Assembly (NCBI GenBank): GCA_018061755.1
Contig: JAGOTP010000002.1
Coordinates: forward strand, 35,309-99,308
From: Patescibacteria group bacterium
GTDB lineage: Bacteria > Patescibacteriota > Patescibacteriia > 2-12-FULL-60-25
Direction: 5' to 3'
Length of the DNA stretch: 64,000 bases
This document shows positions 54,060 through 61,593 of this stretch, in pieces; the first letter of the stretch is position 1, and the number at the start of each line of letters is the position of its first letter. A program made the position numbers and the translations under genes. The notes beneath the pieces were generated by a model. It was not told where the DNA came from, did no database searches, and saw only the letters and a list, made by a program, of their open reading frames with translations.

Positions 54060-54504
54060 AGGGAGTTTCGTGCCGGAGAGTATACCACTGCTTCATCCCT
54101 TCCAACATCCCGGACACAAAATAGGTCTCGAGTGGTGTCGAAGACAGATCCAGCCAAGCCCAACCTACATGCTCTTTACTGATACGCATGGCAACGTCTG
54201 CGTTTTCCACAGCTCCTTCAAAAAAGACATACAGCACACGCGAGCCTTCGAGAGATTGATGACGTCCGATGGCGATTGGAGTATCCGTCAATGAAAATTC
54301 AATCTCGTCTCCCAACTCTTCGCGCACTTCTCGTCGAATGATCTCGGCCAACGGCGTCGCAAACTCACTCTGATCAATTCTTCCACCGGGGATATCATAA
54401 AACCCTTCGTAGGCTCCGCCGATTCGACCGTTCAAGGCTAAAATCTTTCCATCTGCTCGCTTGAGAATGGCCTTTAAAGAAATTTGATAGGTATCGATGG
54501 CCAT
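54043..54504 (-). CDS. NUDIX hydrolase
   Basis: Nudix box GGRIDQSEFATPLAEIIRREVREELG (Gx5Ex7REUxEExGU). Confidence 0.85.
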   Translation of the reverse strand: MAIDTYQISLKAILKRADGKILALNGRIGGAYEGFYDIPGGRIDQSEFATPLAEIIRREVREELGDEIEFSLTDTPIAIGRHQSLEGSRVLYVFFEGAVENADVAMRISKEHVGWAWLDLSSTPLETYFVSGMLEGMKQWYTLRHETPYAFPR

Positions 54505-54621
54505 AGCGCGATAAAGAAAAACAACTTGTTGTATGGAGATGGCCGCCTTTAGCTGGGGAGGTGGCCTCGGACCCGTTGTGGAGGGAGTGAATGGCGGGAC
54601 GGTCGTGGGACCGCGATGACA

Positions 54622-54954
54622 TTAGGCGGTGTGACGTTCGTCGACAGGAATCTCGACCGTGCCGGACTTTCGACCATCGTCTTCGAGCGCGGGGACATCC
54701 GACATGCGAGCCGCGGGCTCATCACCGGGCAGTGACGGTCGAGAAGATTTCGGATTCAGCACGTTCACCGCACTAGGGTCGAGATTGATGTCGCTGAGAC
54801 GAACGACCCGCTTCATGCCGCCGCAGACGGAGACCTGGAGAGCGATGCCTCCACCTCCACGATGAGCGCGGAGGGCGCGCAGCAGAGGGGCAATGTCCGT
54901 CCCGCAACCGTCGAACGTGACGACCGAACCATCACTCGTCAAAGTCGCCTTCAT
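54622..54954 (-). CDS. Hypothetical 110-aa protein (GC-rich island 8)
   Basis: ATG at 54954 preceded by AAAGGAGG. Strong GC3 bias. No domain recognised. Confidence 0.6.
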   Translation of the reverse strand: MKATLTSDGSVVTFDGCGTDIAPLLRALRAHRGGGGIALQVSVCGGMKRVVRLSDINLDPSAVNVLNPKSSRPSLPGDEPAARMSDVPALEDDGRKSGTVEIPVDERHTA

Positions 54955-55006
54955 AAGACCTCCTTTGCACCAGCCCGCTCAACGCAAGCGAAAGCCGGTA
55001 CCCATC

Positions 55007-55035
55007 AGCATCTGCCTGAGACTAAAGACGGTCAA
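55007..55035 (-). promoter_or_regulatory. Possible promoter (TTGACC-17-GATGCT) for ORF 54622..54954
   Basis: The reverse strand reads TTGACCGTCTTTAGTCTCAGGCAGATGCT. The -35 element lies inside the hairpin CTGAGACT...AGTCTCAG (55016-55044). Confidence 0.35.
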
Positions 55036-55091
55036 GAGTCTCAGGTGGAAAAGGACGGGCAGAGAATGCCATAAGACTCTCTTCAGAACGA

Positions 55092-55120
55092 TTGACAAAT
55101 TAGGGATAATATGTTATTCT
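55092..55120 (+). promoter_or_regulatory. Sigma70-like promoter (TTGACA-17-TATTCT) for ORFs 55215..55553 and 55581..55904
   Basis: TTGACA at 55092-55097 and TATTCT at 55115-55120, in an AT-rich spacer inside island 8. Confidence 0.45.
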
Positions 55121-55214
55121 TCTCCGTTACGATCAGCCTCGTTGTCTCTTGTTTTAGCCAAAAAAACACGAGTCAACGGGGTTCATCAACCAGGCCCCTA
55201 GGAGAAACAACCAC

Positions 55215-55553
55215 GTGCGCACCTTCATGTTCCTGCTCATCGCCTCAGCGTTCAACTGTCAGCCGGTGGCGATGAACCCGCCCGCGACCAACAGTGCGTC
55301 CCACAGGGACGTCATCGACAGTCTGTTGGTGGAGGACGCCTCTCACGAGACCGTCGTCTGCAATGGCAACATCCGCATCGACCCCGTCGAGTACTCGGCG
55401 GAGGACAAGGAACCGCCAGGGCAGCTGTACCAGCTCCGATGGGGCTGCGCCTCCCTTTCGGAGGACGGTCGCCTGCGCTGCGTGATCTACGCGACGCGAG
55501 GCCAGCTCAGACACGGCTTCTTCCAAATCCCACGCAAGTGGGGCGAGTGGTAG
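55215..55553 (+). CDS. Hypothetical small exported protein (GC-rich island 8)
   Basis: GTG start 9 nt after TAGGAGA. Hydrophobic N-terminus MRTFMFLLIASAFNC, with four further Cys residues. Confidence 0.6.
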   Translation: MRTFMFLLIASAFNCQPVAMNPPATNSASHRDVIDSLLVEDASHETVVCNGNIRIDPVEYSAEDKEPPGQLYQLRWGCASLSEDGRLRCVIYATRGQLRHGFFQIPRKWGEW

Positions 55554-55580
55554 TATCACCAGATCTAAGGAGACAACGTC

Positions 55581-55904
55581 GTGAGGTTCACAATCGCCTT
55601 GCTCGCGCTCGCCATGCTGGCGGGCTGCGAAGAGAACACCTACAACAACGGCGGCAACGAGGTGGTGGCATATACACTTCCGACACCACCCCTCCCCGCC
55701 CGAGACCGCTGCACTGACACGGTCGCGCTCGGTCTCGGGACTCACCCGGACTGCGCTGAACACCTGCGAATCCTGAGCAACGGCCAGTGCACGATCCCCG
55801 AGGATCGCATCTGGTTCACCAACCCCTTCCAGCGGTCGCCACAGGACACCGCTGAGACCTACTGTTCCCTCCTCGAGCTGCGGCTGACTGCGCCCAACCG
55901 CTGA
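55581..55904 (+). CDS. Hypothetical lipoprotein (GC-rich island 8)
   Basis: GTG start preceded by AAGGAGA. MRFTIALLALAMLAGC is a canonical lipobox. Confidence 0.65.
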   Translation: MRFTIALLALAMLAGCEENTYNNGGNEVVAYTLPTPPLPARDRCTDTVALGLGTHPDCAEHLRILSNGQCTIPEDRIWFTNPFQRSPQDTAETYCSLLELRLTAPNR

Positions 55905-56016
55905 TCCATCCCACCACGACGAGCACTTTCGCACCCAACCCTGGGGCAGGATCTTCTTTCCTCCCCGCTCGTCACAAACGTTTGACTAGTTGAACGCTTG
56001 TGACGAATCTAGAGGT

Positions 56017-56054
56017 AATACACAAACACCGCTCACGAGCGGTGTTTGTGTATT
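56017..56054. terminator. Bidirectional rho-independent terminator
   Basis: AATACACAAACACCGC ... GCGGTGTTTGTGTATT, a perfect 16-bp stem. Confidence 0.6.
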
Positions 56055-56057
56055 CTC

Positions 56058-56399
56058 TTATTTTTCTCGCTTTGGCATAATGACCTCCTCAATCGGATAC
56101 ACATCAAACGCGATCTCTTCATCTGGATGAACGTGTCGAATTGCTTGCAAAACCGCCTCTAAACGGTCACGCGTACAAACCGTCTCAATACGCTCTTCTT
56201 CAACTTGCTCCCACTTCCCCACTTCTCCCACTCGTGGTTCCGCTCCCTCCATTGGCAAGAAACGACCAATACCATTCGTCGTAAATGTACAATGAGAGTA
56301 GTTTCCAATCACTCCCGCACCAGCCTCGCCAATCGCTTGGCGTAACCGATCAGCGTGAGAAGACGGAACAAAGACAACGATTTTAAGTCGTGAGGGCAT
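56058..56399 (-). CDS. Small PII-like / YqfO (Nif3 insert-domain-like) protein
   Basis: KIVVFVPSSHADRLRQAIGEAGAGVIGNYSHCTF...ETVCTRDRLEAVLQAIRHVHPDEEIAFDVYP resembles COG3323-type proteins. The family call is from memory. Confidence 0.65.
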   Translation of the reverse strand: MPSRLKIVVFVPSSHADRLRQAIGEAGAGVIGNYSHCTFTTNGIGRFLPMEGAEPRVGEVGKWEQVEEERIETVCTRDRLEAVLQAIRHVHPDEEIAFDVYPIEEVIMPKREK

Positions 56400-56415
56400 A
56401 TTATAAAATTTGTAT

Positions 56416-56811
56416 TTATTTATTCTTTACTACCAACATATCGTACCCTGTCGCTTCTTCATATTCGCGGCTGTATTCAACATCATCAAACGCCAATACT
56501 ACTAGTTCAGCCGTGAGATCGATGATTGTTCCAACCTTCAAATGACCACCGATCACTTTCCCCTCTTGATCAGATACAGCAATATGAATATGCGATTCTT
56601 CTGGTGAAATAGTTCCCGTGGCAGAGACGATTTCGTATAAGCCCTCCCACTCTTTCACTGTCTTTCCATCGGCCATCCGTAAAACAACTTTCGAGAGATT
56701 GCCAACTAACGACACAACACAACCCGCTTTCACACCGTGCTCTTTCGCAAAGGCCTCTATCGCTAATCGCAAATCTTGGCCAGGCAACAAACGTTTAGAA
56801 TAGTCCCTCAT
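56416..56811 (-). CDS. PPC (DUF296) domain protein
   Basis: LLPGQDLRLAIEAFAKEHGVKAGCVVSLVGNLSKVVL...EIVSATGTIS...HIHIAVSD.EGKVIGGHL is the typical PCC/DUF296 pattern. Confidence 0.8.
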   Translation of the reverse strand: MRDYSKRLLPGQDLRLAIEAFAKEHGVKAGCVVSLVGNLSKVVLRMADGKTVKEWEGLYEIVSATGTISPEESHIHIAVSDQEGKVIGGHLKVGTIIDLTAELVVLAFDDVEYSREYEEATGYDMLVVKNK

Positions 56812-56847
56812 ATTCCATCTATTACTAAACTAAATCTTACAGTATCT

Positions 56848-57000
56848 TCAGTCTTTATGAAGTTTATCCGGATTTTCATTCATGTACTTACGTAAATCCG
56901 ACAAAAGACCCGTGGCACCACACCTTCTACATTTCCAACTTTCACCTTTCACGGTTATGTATACGGCGCCACAGGATGAACATTCACAATATTCATTCAT
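56848..57000 (-). CDS. Small zinc-ribbon protein
   Basis: Trimmed to ATG 57000. The 50-aa protein has CxxC...CxxC (CECSSCG...CRRCG). It lies directly downstream of secA. Confidence 0.5.
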   Translation of the reverse strand: MNEYCECSSCGAVYITVKGESWKCRRCGATGLLSDLRKYMNENPDKLHKD

Positions 57001-57007
57001 ATTACAC

Positions 57008-59713
57008 TTACGCCCCGTGACACTTCTTAAACTTCTTCCCCGATCCACACGGACAGGCATCATTCCGTCCTACATCTTTCTTTTGCGCAGCCGTCGGCTC
57101 CTGACTAGCGAATTGTTGCAAGGCTGCTTCTCCACCCGACATCTCTGCCGACGGAGCGAGAGCGTCGACTTTATTTGCATCCGCCTCAGCCATATCGCGC
57201 ACAAACTTCACCTTGAAAATCGTATGCGTTACGCGCTGTTGAATGAGATTCTGCAATTCCTGGAAGCGTTGATAGGCTTCTTTTTTGTATTCGACGAGTG
57301 GATCGCGCTGACCGTAAGCTTGCAGGTTCACGCCACGGCGCAGGTAATCCATGTTTTCCAAGTGCTCGATCCACAGATCATCCATTGAACGCAGCAAGAC
57401 GATCTTTTCGATTTCAGCCAAAGCCACTTCATCCCCTACCTGCTCTTCAAAGGCTTTGTAGGCTAATTTGACCGCTTCCATGATGGCTTCGATCAGCTTG
57501 GTACGAGCCTGGGCGTGCCCCTCGCCTTCCACCAGTTTCGGATCAAGCGTTGGCAAAACAGCTTCGATCGCTTGAGGCAAAATCAAACGGGTCGCATCGC
57601 GCAAACGATCGACTTCCCAAGCCGACAGGTCATCAGCCGTGGTACAAGCAGCCACCAACTGCTCAACTTCACCCTCAAACATATCCATCACGAAGGAAGT
57701 CAGCGGACGCACACCTTCAACCGTTGCCTTGTCAGCCGCTTCCAAAATGTCATTGCGCTTTTTGTAGATAGCAGTGCGATGTTTGTTCAAGACGTCATCG
57801 TATTCCAATACATGTTTGCGAATATCAAAGTTGTGTCCTTCGACTTTACGCTGCGCGGACTCAATCGCCTTGGTCAAGACAATGTTCTGAATCGCTTCTT
57901 CTTCTGGAAGTTTCGTCACTTCCATGACCTTCTTCATGCGATCCGAGCTGAAAATGCGCATCAGATCATCTTCCGTCGAAACATAGAACTGGGTTGTACC
58001 AGCATCACCCTGACGTCCAGCACGACCACGCAACTGGTTGTCGATACGGCGCGATTCATGACGTTCGGTACCGATGACGTGCAAACCGCCGAGGGCACGC
58101 ACGGCTTCGGCTTCGTCCTTGTCCGGTGGATTTCCACCCAAAATGATGTCGACCCCACGACCAGCCATGTTGGTCGCAACCGTCACACCGCCACGACGAC
58201 CAGCTTGAGCGATGATTTCACCTTCTCGTTCGTGGTTCTTGGCGTTCAACATCTCATGTGGAATGCCGTTCTGTTTCAGCAATTCACTCAAAACTTCGTT
58301 TTTGGCAATGCTAGCCGTACCAACAAGTACCGGCTGACCCAAAGCATGGCGACGTTTGATTTCAGCCGCAACCGCTTTGAATTTACCGATCTCGTTGCGA
58401 TACAACAGGTCTGGCAAATCCTTGCGACGGCTGTCTTTGTTGGTTGGAATGCTGAGAACGTCGAGCTTGTAGATTTTGTAGAATTCTTCGGCTTCAGTTG
58501 CAGCCGTACCCGTCATACCAGCCAACTTTCCGTACAAACGGAAATAGTTCTGGAAAGTAATCGTGGCGAGCGTCACAGATTCGCGCTGAATCGAGACATG
58601 CTCTTTGGCCTCGATGGCCTGATGCAGACCTTCGGAATAGCGGCGACCTTGCATCAAACGCCCCGTGAATTCGTCTACGATGATGACTTCCCCATCTTTG
58701 ACCACGTAGTCACGATCACGGCGATACATAGCATGAGCGCGCAAAGCTTGCTCCAAGTGGTGAACCAAGCGCACACCTTGGCCATACAAGTTTTCCACTC
58801 CCAACCATTGCTCCATTTTGGTAATACCGGCTTCCGTAATCGAGGCGGCGCGGAGTTTTTCATCGACTTGATAGTCTTCTTTTTCAATCAAACGCGTTAC
58901 AAGCTCAGCAAAACGATAGTAGAGTTGTTCTGGTTCCTGGGCTGGAGCGGAAATAATGAGCGGCGTACGAGCTTCGTCGATTAAAATTGAGTCAACTTCG
59001 TCCACCACGGCGTAATTCAAACCGCGTTGTACTTTCTGCGCCAAACTGGGCGCCATGTTGTCACGCAAATAGTCGAAGCCAAATTCGTTGTTGGTGCCGT
59101 AGGTAATGTCAGCAGCGTAGGCTTCACGACGCGAGACTGGTCGTAAATAGTCCATGTCGACATGGAAAGAACCTGTCTCGTCTCGTTCTGGATCATGACT
59201 TGGTTCCGCCTTAAATTCAGGATCGTATAAAAAGCTTGCTCCATGCTGAATCGAACCAACGGATAAGCCCAAGGCATGATAAACCTGACCCATCCAAACG
59301 GCGTCGCGACGAGCTAAGTAGTCGTTGACGGTAACTACGTGAACACCTTTCCCCGTTAACGCGTTCAACGCTACAGGCGCTGTTGCAACCAAGGTTTTTC
59401 CTTCACCTGTGCGCATTTCAGCGATTGAACCACGATGCAACGCAACGCCACCGATCAATTGAACATCGTAATGACGCTTGCCGGTTGCACGGCGCGAAGC
59501 TTCACGAACCAAGGCAAACACCTCTTCTAAGACGTGATCCAAGCTTATTCCGCCTTGAACTTGTTCCTTAATGGCAGCGATTCGTTCTTTCAAAGCAACA
59601 TCCGACAATGCCTGGATACCTGACTCGAGGGCATTCACACGATCAACGATGGCGCGCAAGCGTTTTACTTCGCGGGCATTTGGGTCTCCGAAGAGTTTGT
59701 TCAGGAAAGACAT
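57008..59713 (-). CDS. secA: Preprotein translocase ATPase SecA
   Basis: MRTGEGKTLV (Walker A), VDEVDSILIDEARTPLIIS (DEAD-like), ATNMAGRGVDI and the C-terminal zinc-binding CPCGSGKKFKKCHG. Confidence 0.97.
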   Translation of the reverse strand: MSFLNKLFGDPNAREVKRLRAIVDRVNALESGIQALSDVALKERIAAIKEQVQGGISLDHVLEEVFALVREASRRATGKRHYDVQLIGGVALHRGSIAEMRTGEGKTLVATAPVALNALTGKGVHVVTVNDYLARRDAVWMGQVYHALGLSVGSIQHGASFLYDPEFKAEPSHDPERDETGSFHVDMDYLRPVSRREAYAADITYGTNNEFGFDYLRDNMAPSLAQKVQRGLNYAVVDEVDSILIDEARTPLIISAPAQEPEQLYYRFAELVTRLIEKEDYQVDEKLRAASITEAGITKMEQWLGVENLYGQGVRLVHHLEQALRAHAMYRRDRDYVVKDGEVIIVDEFTGRLMQGRRYSEGLHQAIEAKEHVSIQRESVTLATITFQNYFRLYGKLAGMTGTAATEAEEFYKIYKLDVLSIPTNKDSRRKDLPDLLYRNEIGKFKAVAAEIKRRHALGQPVLVGTASIAKNEVLSELLKQNGIPHEMLNAKNHEREGEIIAQAGRRGGVTVATNMAGRGVDIILGGNPPDKDEAEAVRALGGLHVIGTERHESRRIDNQLRGRAGRQGDAGTTQFYVSTEDDLMRIFSSDRMKKVMEVTKLPEEEAIQNIVLTKAIESAQRKVEGHNFDIRKHVLEYDDVLNKHRTAIYKKRNDILEAADKATVEGVRPLTSFVMDMFEGEVEQLVAACTTADDLSAWEVDRLRDATRLILPQAIEAVLPTLDPKLVEGEGHAQARTKLIEAIMEAVKLAYKAFEEQVGDEVALAEIEKIVLLRSMDDLWIEHLENMDYLRRGVNLQAYGQRDPLVEYKKEAYQRFQELQNLIQQRVTHTIFKVKFVRDMAEADANKVDALAPSAEMSGGEAALQQFASQEPTAAQKKDVGRNDACPCGSGKKFKKCHGA

Positions 59714-59760
59714 ACGTGTGCAGGATAGTAGCGATTTGGGGCAGTCTCGTCCAGCAACAG

Positions 59761-59786
59761 AAAAACGAGCTGGTCAGCTCGTTTTT
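59761..59786 (-). terminator. Rho-independent terminator between hpf and secA
   Basis: AAAAACGAGCTG-GT-CAGCTCGTTTTT. Confidence 0.6.
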
Positions 59787-59802
59787 CGCTCAATCAAGCT
59801 TT

Positions 59803-60126
59803 TTATACGATTCCCGCTTGATGCTGTTCCTGAATCCGATCCTTTAAATCAGCCAATTCAGCTCGCAAATGATCCTTTACCTTATCAATTGCCTTGTATA
59901 AATCGTCCTCCTGCTTCTCGATACGAAGTACTTCTTTCAAGGTTTCAACAACCGCTTTACATAAGAACACATCTCCTTTTTGGTGATGATTGCTAGACAA
60001 ACCGACTTCGACATCAATATGCTTAATCCCATCAAAATACTTGCTTAAACCCTCCATTTTTTCTTCTACATAAGCGGCAATAGCTGGAGTAGAATCAATG
60101 CCGTGATAAGAAATGTTGATGGTCAT
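59803..60126 (-). CDS. hpf: Ribosome hibernation promoting factor (short form)
   Basis: MTINISYHGIDSTPAIAAYVEEKMEGLSKYF...DLYKAIDKVKDHLRAEL is the S30AE/HPF pattern. There is no C-terminal dimerisation domain. Confidence 0.88.
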   Translation of the reverse strand: MTINISYHGIDSTPAIAAYVEEKMEGLSKYFDGIKHIDVEVGLSSNHHQKGDVFLCKAVVETLKEVLRIEKQEDDLYKAIDKVKDHLRAELADLKDRIQEQHQAGIV

Positions 60127-60214
60127 AAAAGCAGTAAGCTACTAGAGAACAAAGACACATCTCAAGCATAGCGGCTCGGCGCCTAACGCACAATTTGCCA
60201 ACAATGAACCGATC

Positions 60215-61054
60215 CTATTTCAGCCAAACCTCATTCCAACCATCTACGACTGTCTTTTTCCAGGTTTGAGAGATGCGCTTGCGAAGTCCTCCATACGGAA
60301 CTTCGTTACAGATGTCGTAAGAAGACGAACAGAAATCACTAGCGCCCGTGCCGCGGATGGAACCGGTAGCGAGGTGCATATAGTAAGCTCCGTTCCAAGT
60401 CCCAAAACCAAGCCAAGTCGTATTGGCAGCCCCGCTACGCAACACACATCGGACGCCTTGTCCTTGGCGTGTTTTTACAGGCTTACGTGAAGAGCGAGCG
60501 GCATAGGCATCCAAACTTTGCACCGTGTACTGATCAAAATATTGCCCGCAGGTCGTAGGCGGTGGAAGAGGTACATAGTTGGCGCTTGGCACACGTTTCC
60601 AGGTTTCGTTCCAGCCTTGGCTAACCTGAAGCGTATCGCGATCAAGCCTTGTGATCACAAATCCACCGAAGTAGTCGCCTTGGACTGTTTCGCCATTGCC
60701 ATACATGTCTGTAGCAAAGGCTTGATAGGTATTTGCTTGAGATGCATCCGACGAAGCAAAGGCGTGACCAACATGACGATAGACAACATCGTCCCAACGA
60801 CCTTCACCATACCAAGCAAAGGCAGGCACGCGTTTCCCATTTTTAGGTTCAAGATTCCATTTGACACAGCGAATTCCTTCGCCCCAAAAGAAGTCGGGAG
60901 AAGAAACAACGTACGTTTCCATGTAAGGGCCACAAGAGAAGTTGGGCATAGGCTTTTGCTGAGCCTGAACCGCTGTTGGTAATCCAAGGCTAAACGTAAA
61001 CCCCAGGCTCAAAACGGCCGCGGATAGACGTACGAAAAGAGAAGGGTGTTTCAT
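60215..61054 (-). CDS. Hypothetical secreted protein made of two related Cys/Trp-containing repeats
   Basis: Signal peptide MKHPSLFVRLSAAVLSLGFTFSLGLPTAVQA. The pattern CGPYMETYVVSS...GIRCVKW...GWNETWKRV recurs as CGQYFDQYTVQS...GVRCVLR...GWNEVWLK. Confidence 0.65.
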   Translation of the reverse strand: MKHPSLFVRLSAAVLSLGFTFSLGLPTAVQAQQKPMPNFSCGPYMETYVVSSPDFFWGEGIRCVKWNLEPKNGKRVPAFAWYGEGRWDDVVYRHVGHAFASSDASQANTYQAFATDMYGNGETVQGDYFGGFVITRLDRDTLQVSQGWNETWKRVPSANYVPLPPPTTCGQYFDQYTVQSLDAYAARSSRKPVKTRQGQGVRCVLRSGAANTTWLGFGTWNGAYYMHLATGSIRGTGASDFCSSSYDICNEVPYGGLRKRISQTWKKTVVDGWNEVWLK

Positions 61055-61102
61055 ATCTCCACCCTACCTTATGACTGAAAAACTGACCATCCTGGCTAGA
61101 TC

Positions 61103-61131
61103 TTGGCTTTTTTCAGCACTTTTACTAGAGT
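61103..61131 (+). promoter_or_regulatory. Sigma70-like promoter (TTGGCT-17-TAGAGT) for the island-9 ORF
   Basis: TTGGCT at 61103-61108 and TAGAGT at 61126-61131. Confidence 0.4.
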
Positions 61132-61177
61132 AGGCTGGCCGCATTCACCCAGAGATGGCCCAAGGAGGGCCGCGCCA

Positions 61178-61567
61178 ATGCTGGCAAGACACAAACCCAC
61201 CACCAGCCTCTCGCTCTTCGCACTGCTCGCCTTCACGAGCAGCGTGGCGGCTGATCCGGCCAACCAGCCGACCAGCCGAACCGTCACCACCACGGTCACG
61301 ACGACCACAACGCGCACCGAGGAGCGCACGGTCGTGACCCAACCGGCTCCGGCCCTGCCGCCCGAGCCGGAACCTGCCGAGATGGCCCGCACAGCCGTCC
61401 GGAACTTCGACCGGGTCGCGGACGACGTCATCGCCCGCACCGATGAGATCATCGACCGCAACAGCCGACCGCCCTGCGGTCGGAGCTGCTGCGCCAGTCG
61501 GTCGTGCTGCAGGTCAACCTGCCAGCCCGGCCGCTGCCAGTGCCGGCACCATCGCCGACACCACTAG
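61178..61567 (+). CDS. Hypothetical secreted protein (GC-rich island 9) with a Thr-rich segment and a Cys/Arg/His-rich tail
   Basis: Trimmed to ATG 61178, 9 nt after AAGGAGGG. Signal-like N-terminus MLARHKPTTSLSLFALLAFTSSVAADP and tail CGRSCCASRSCCRSTCQPGRCQCRHHRRHH. Confidence 0.6.
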   Translation: MLARHKPTTSLSLFALLAFTSSVAADPANQPTSRTVTTTVTTTTTRTEERTVVTQPAPALPPEPEPAEMARTAVRNFDRVADDVIARTDEIIDRNSRPPCGRSCCASRSCCRSTCQPGRCQCRHHRRHH

Positions 61568-61593
61568 CGACGACGTTCGCCGTCGCTCTCACC

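Noticed and set aside
55245-55934. 229-aa minus-strand ORF spanning both small plus-strand genes of island 8.
   Set aside because: It has no SD or promoter, and it spans the intergenic SD and start of the second plus-strand gene. The plus-strand ORFs have SDs and signal or lipobox N-termini. This remains the least certain frame call.
57515-58984. 489-aa ORF antisense to secA. Similar long antisense ORFs occur at 15559..16221, 19393..20034, 20057..20653, 17585..18112, 42672..43319 and 43941..44558.
   Set aside because: They lie opposite unmistakable conserved genes (secA, ppa, tsf, rpsB, gap, the HlyD adaptor). Their translations have no motifs and odd composition.
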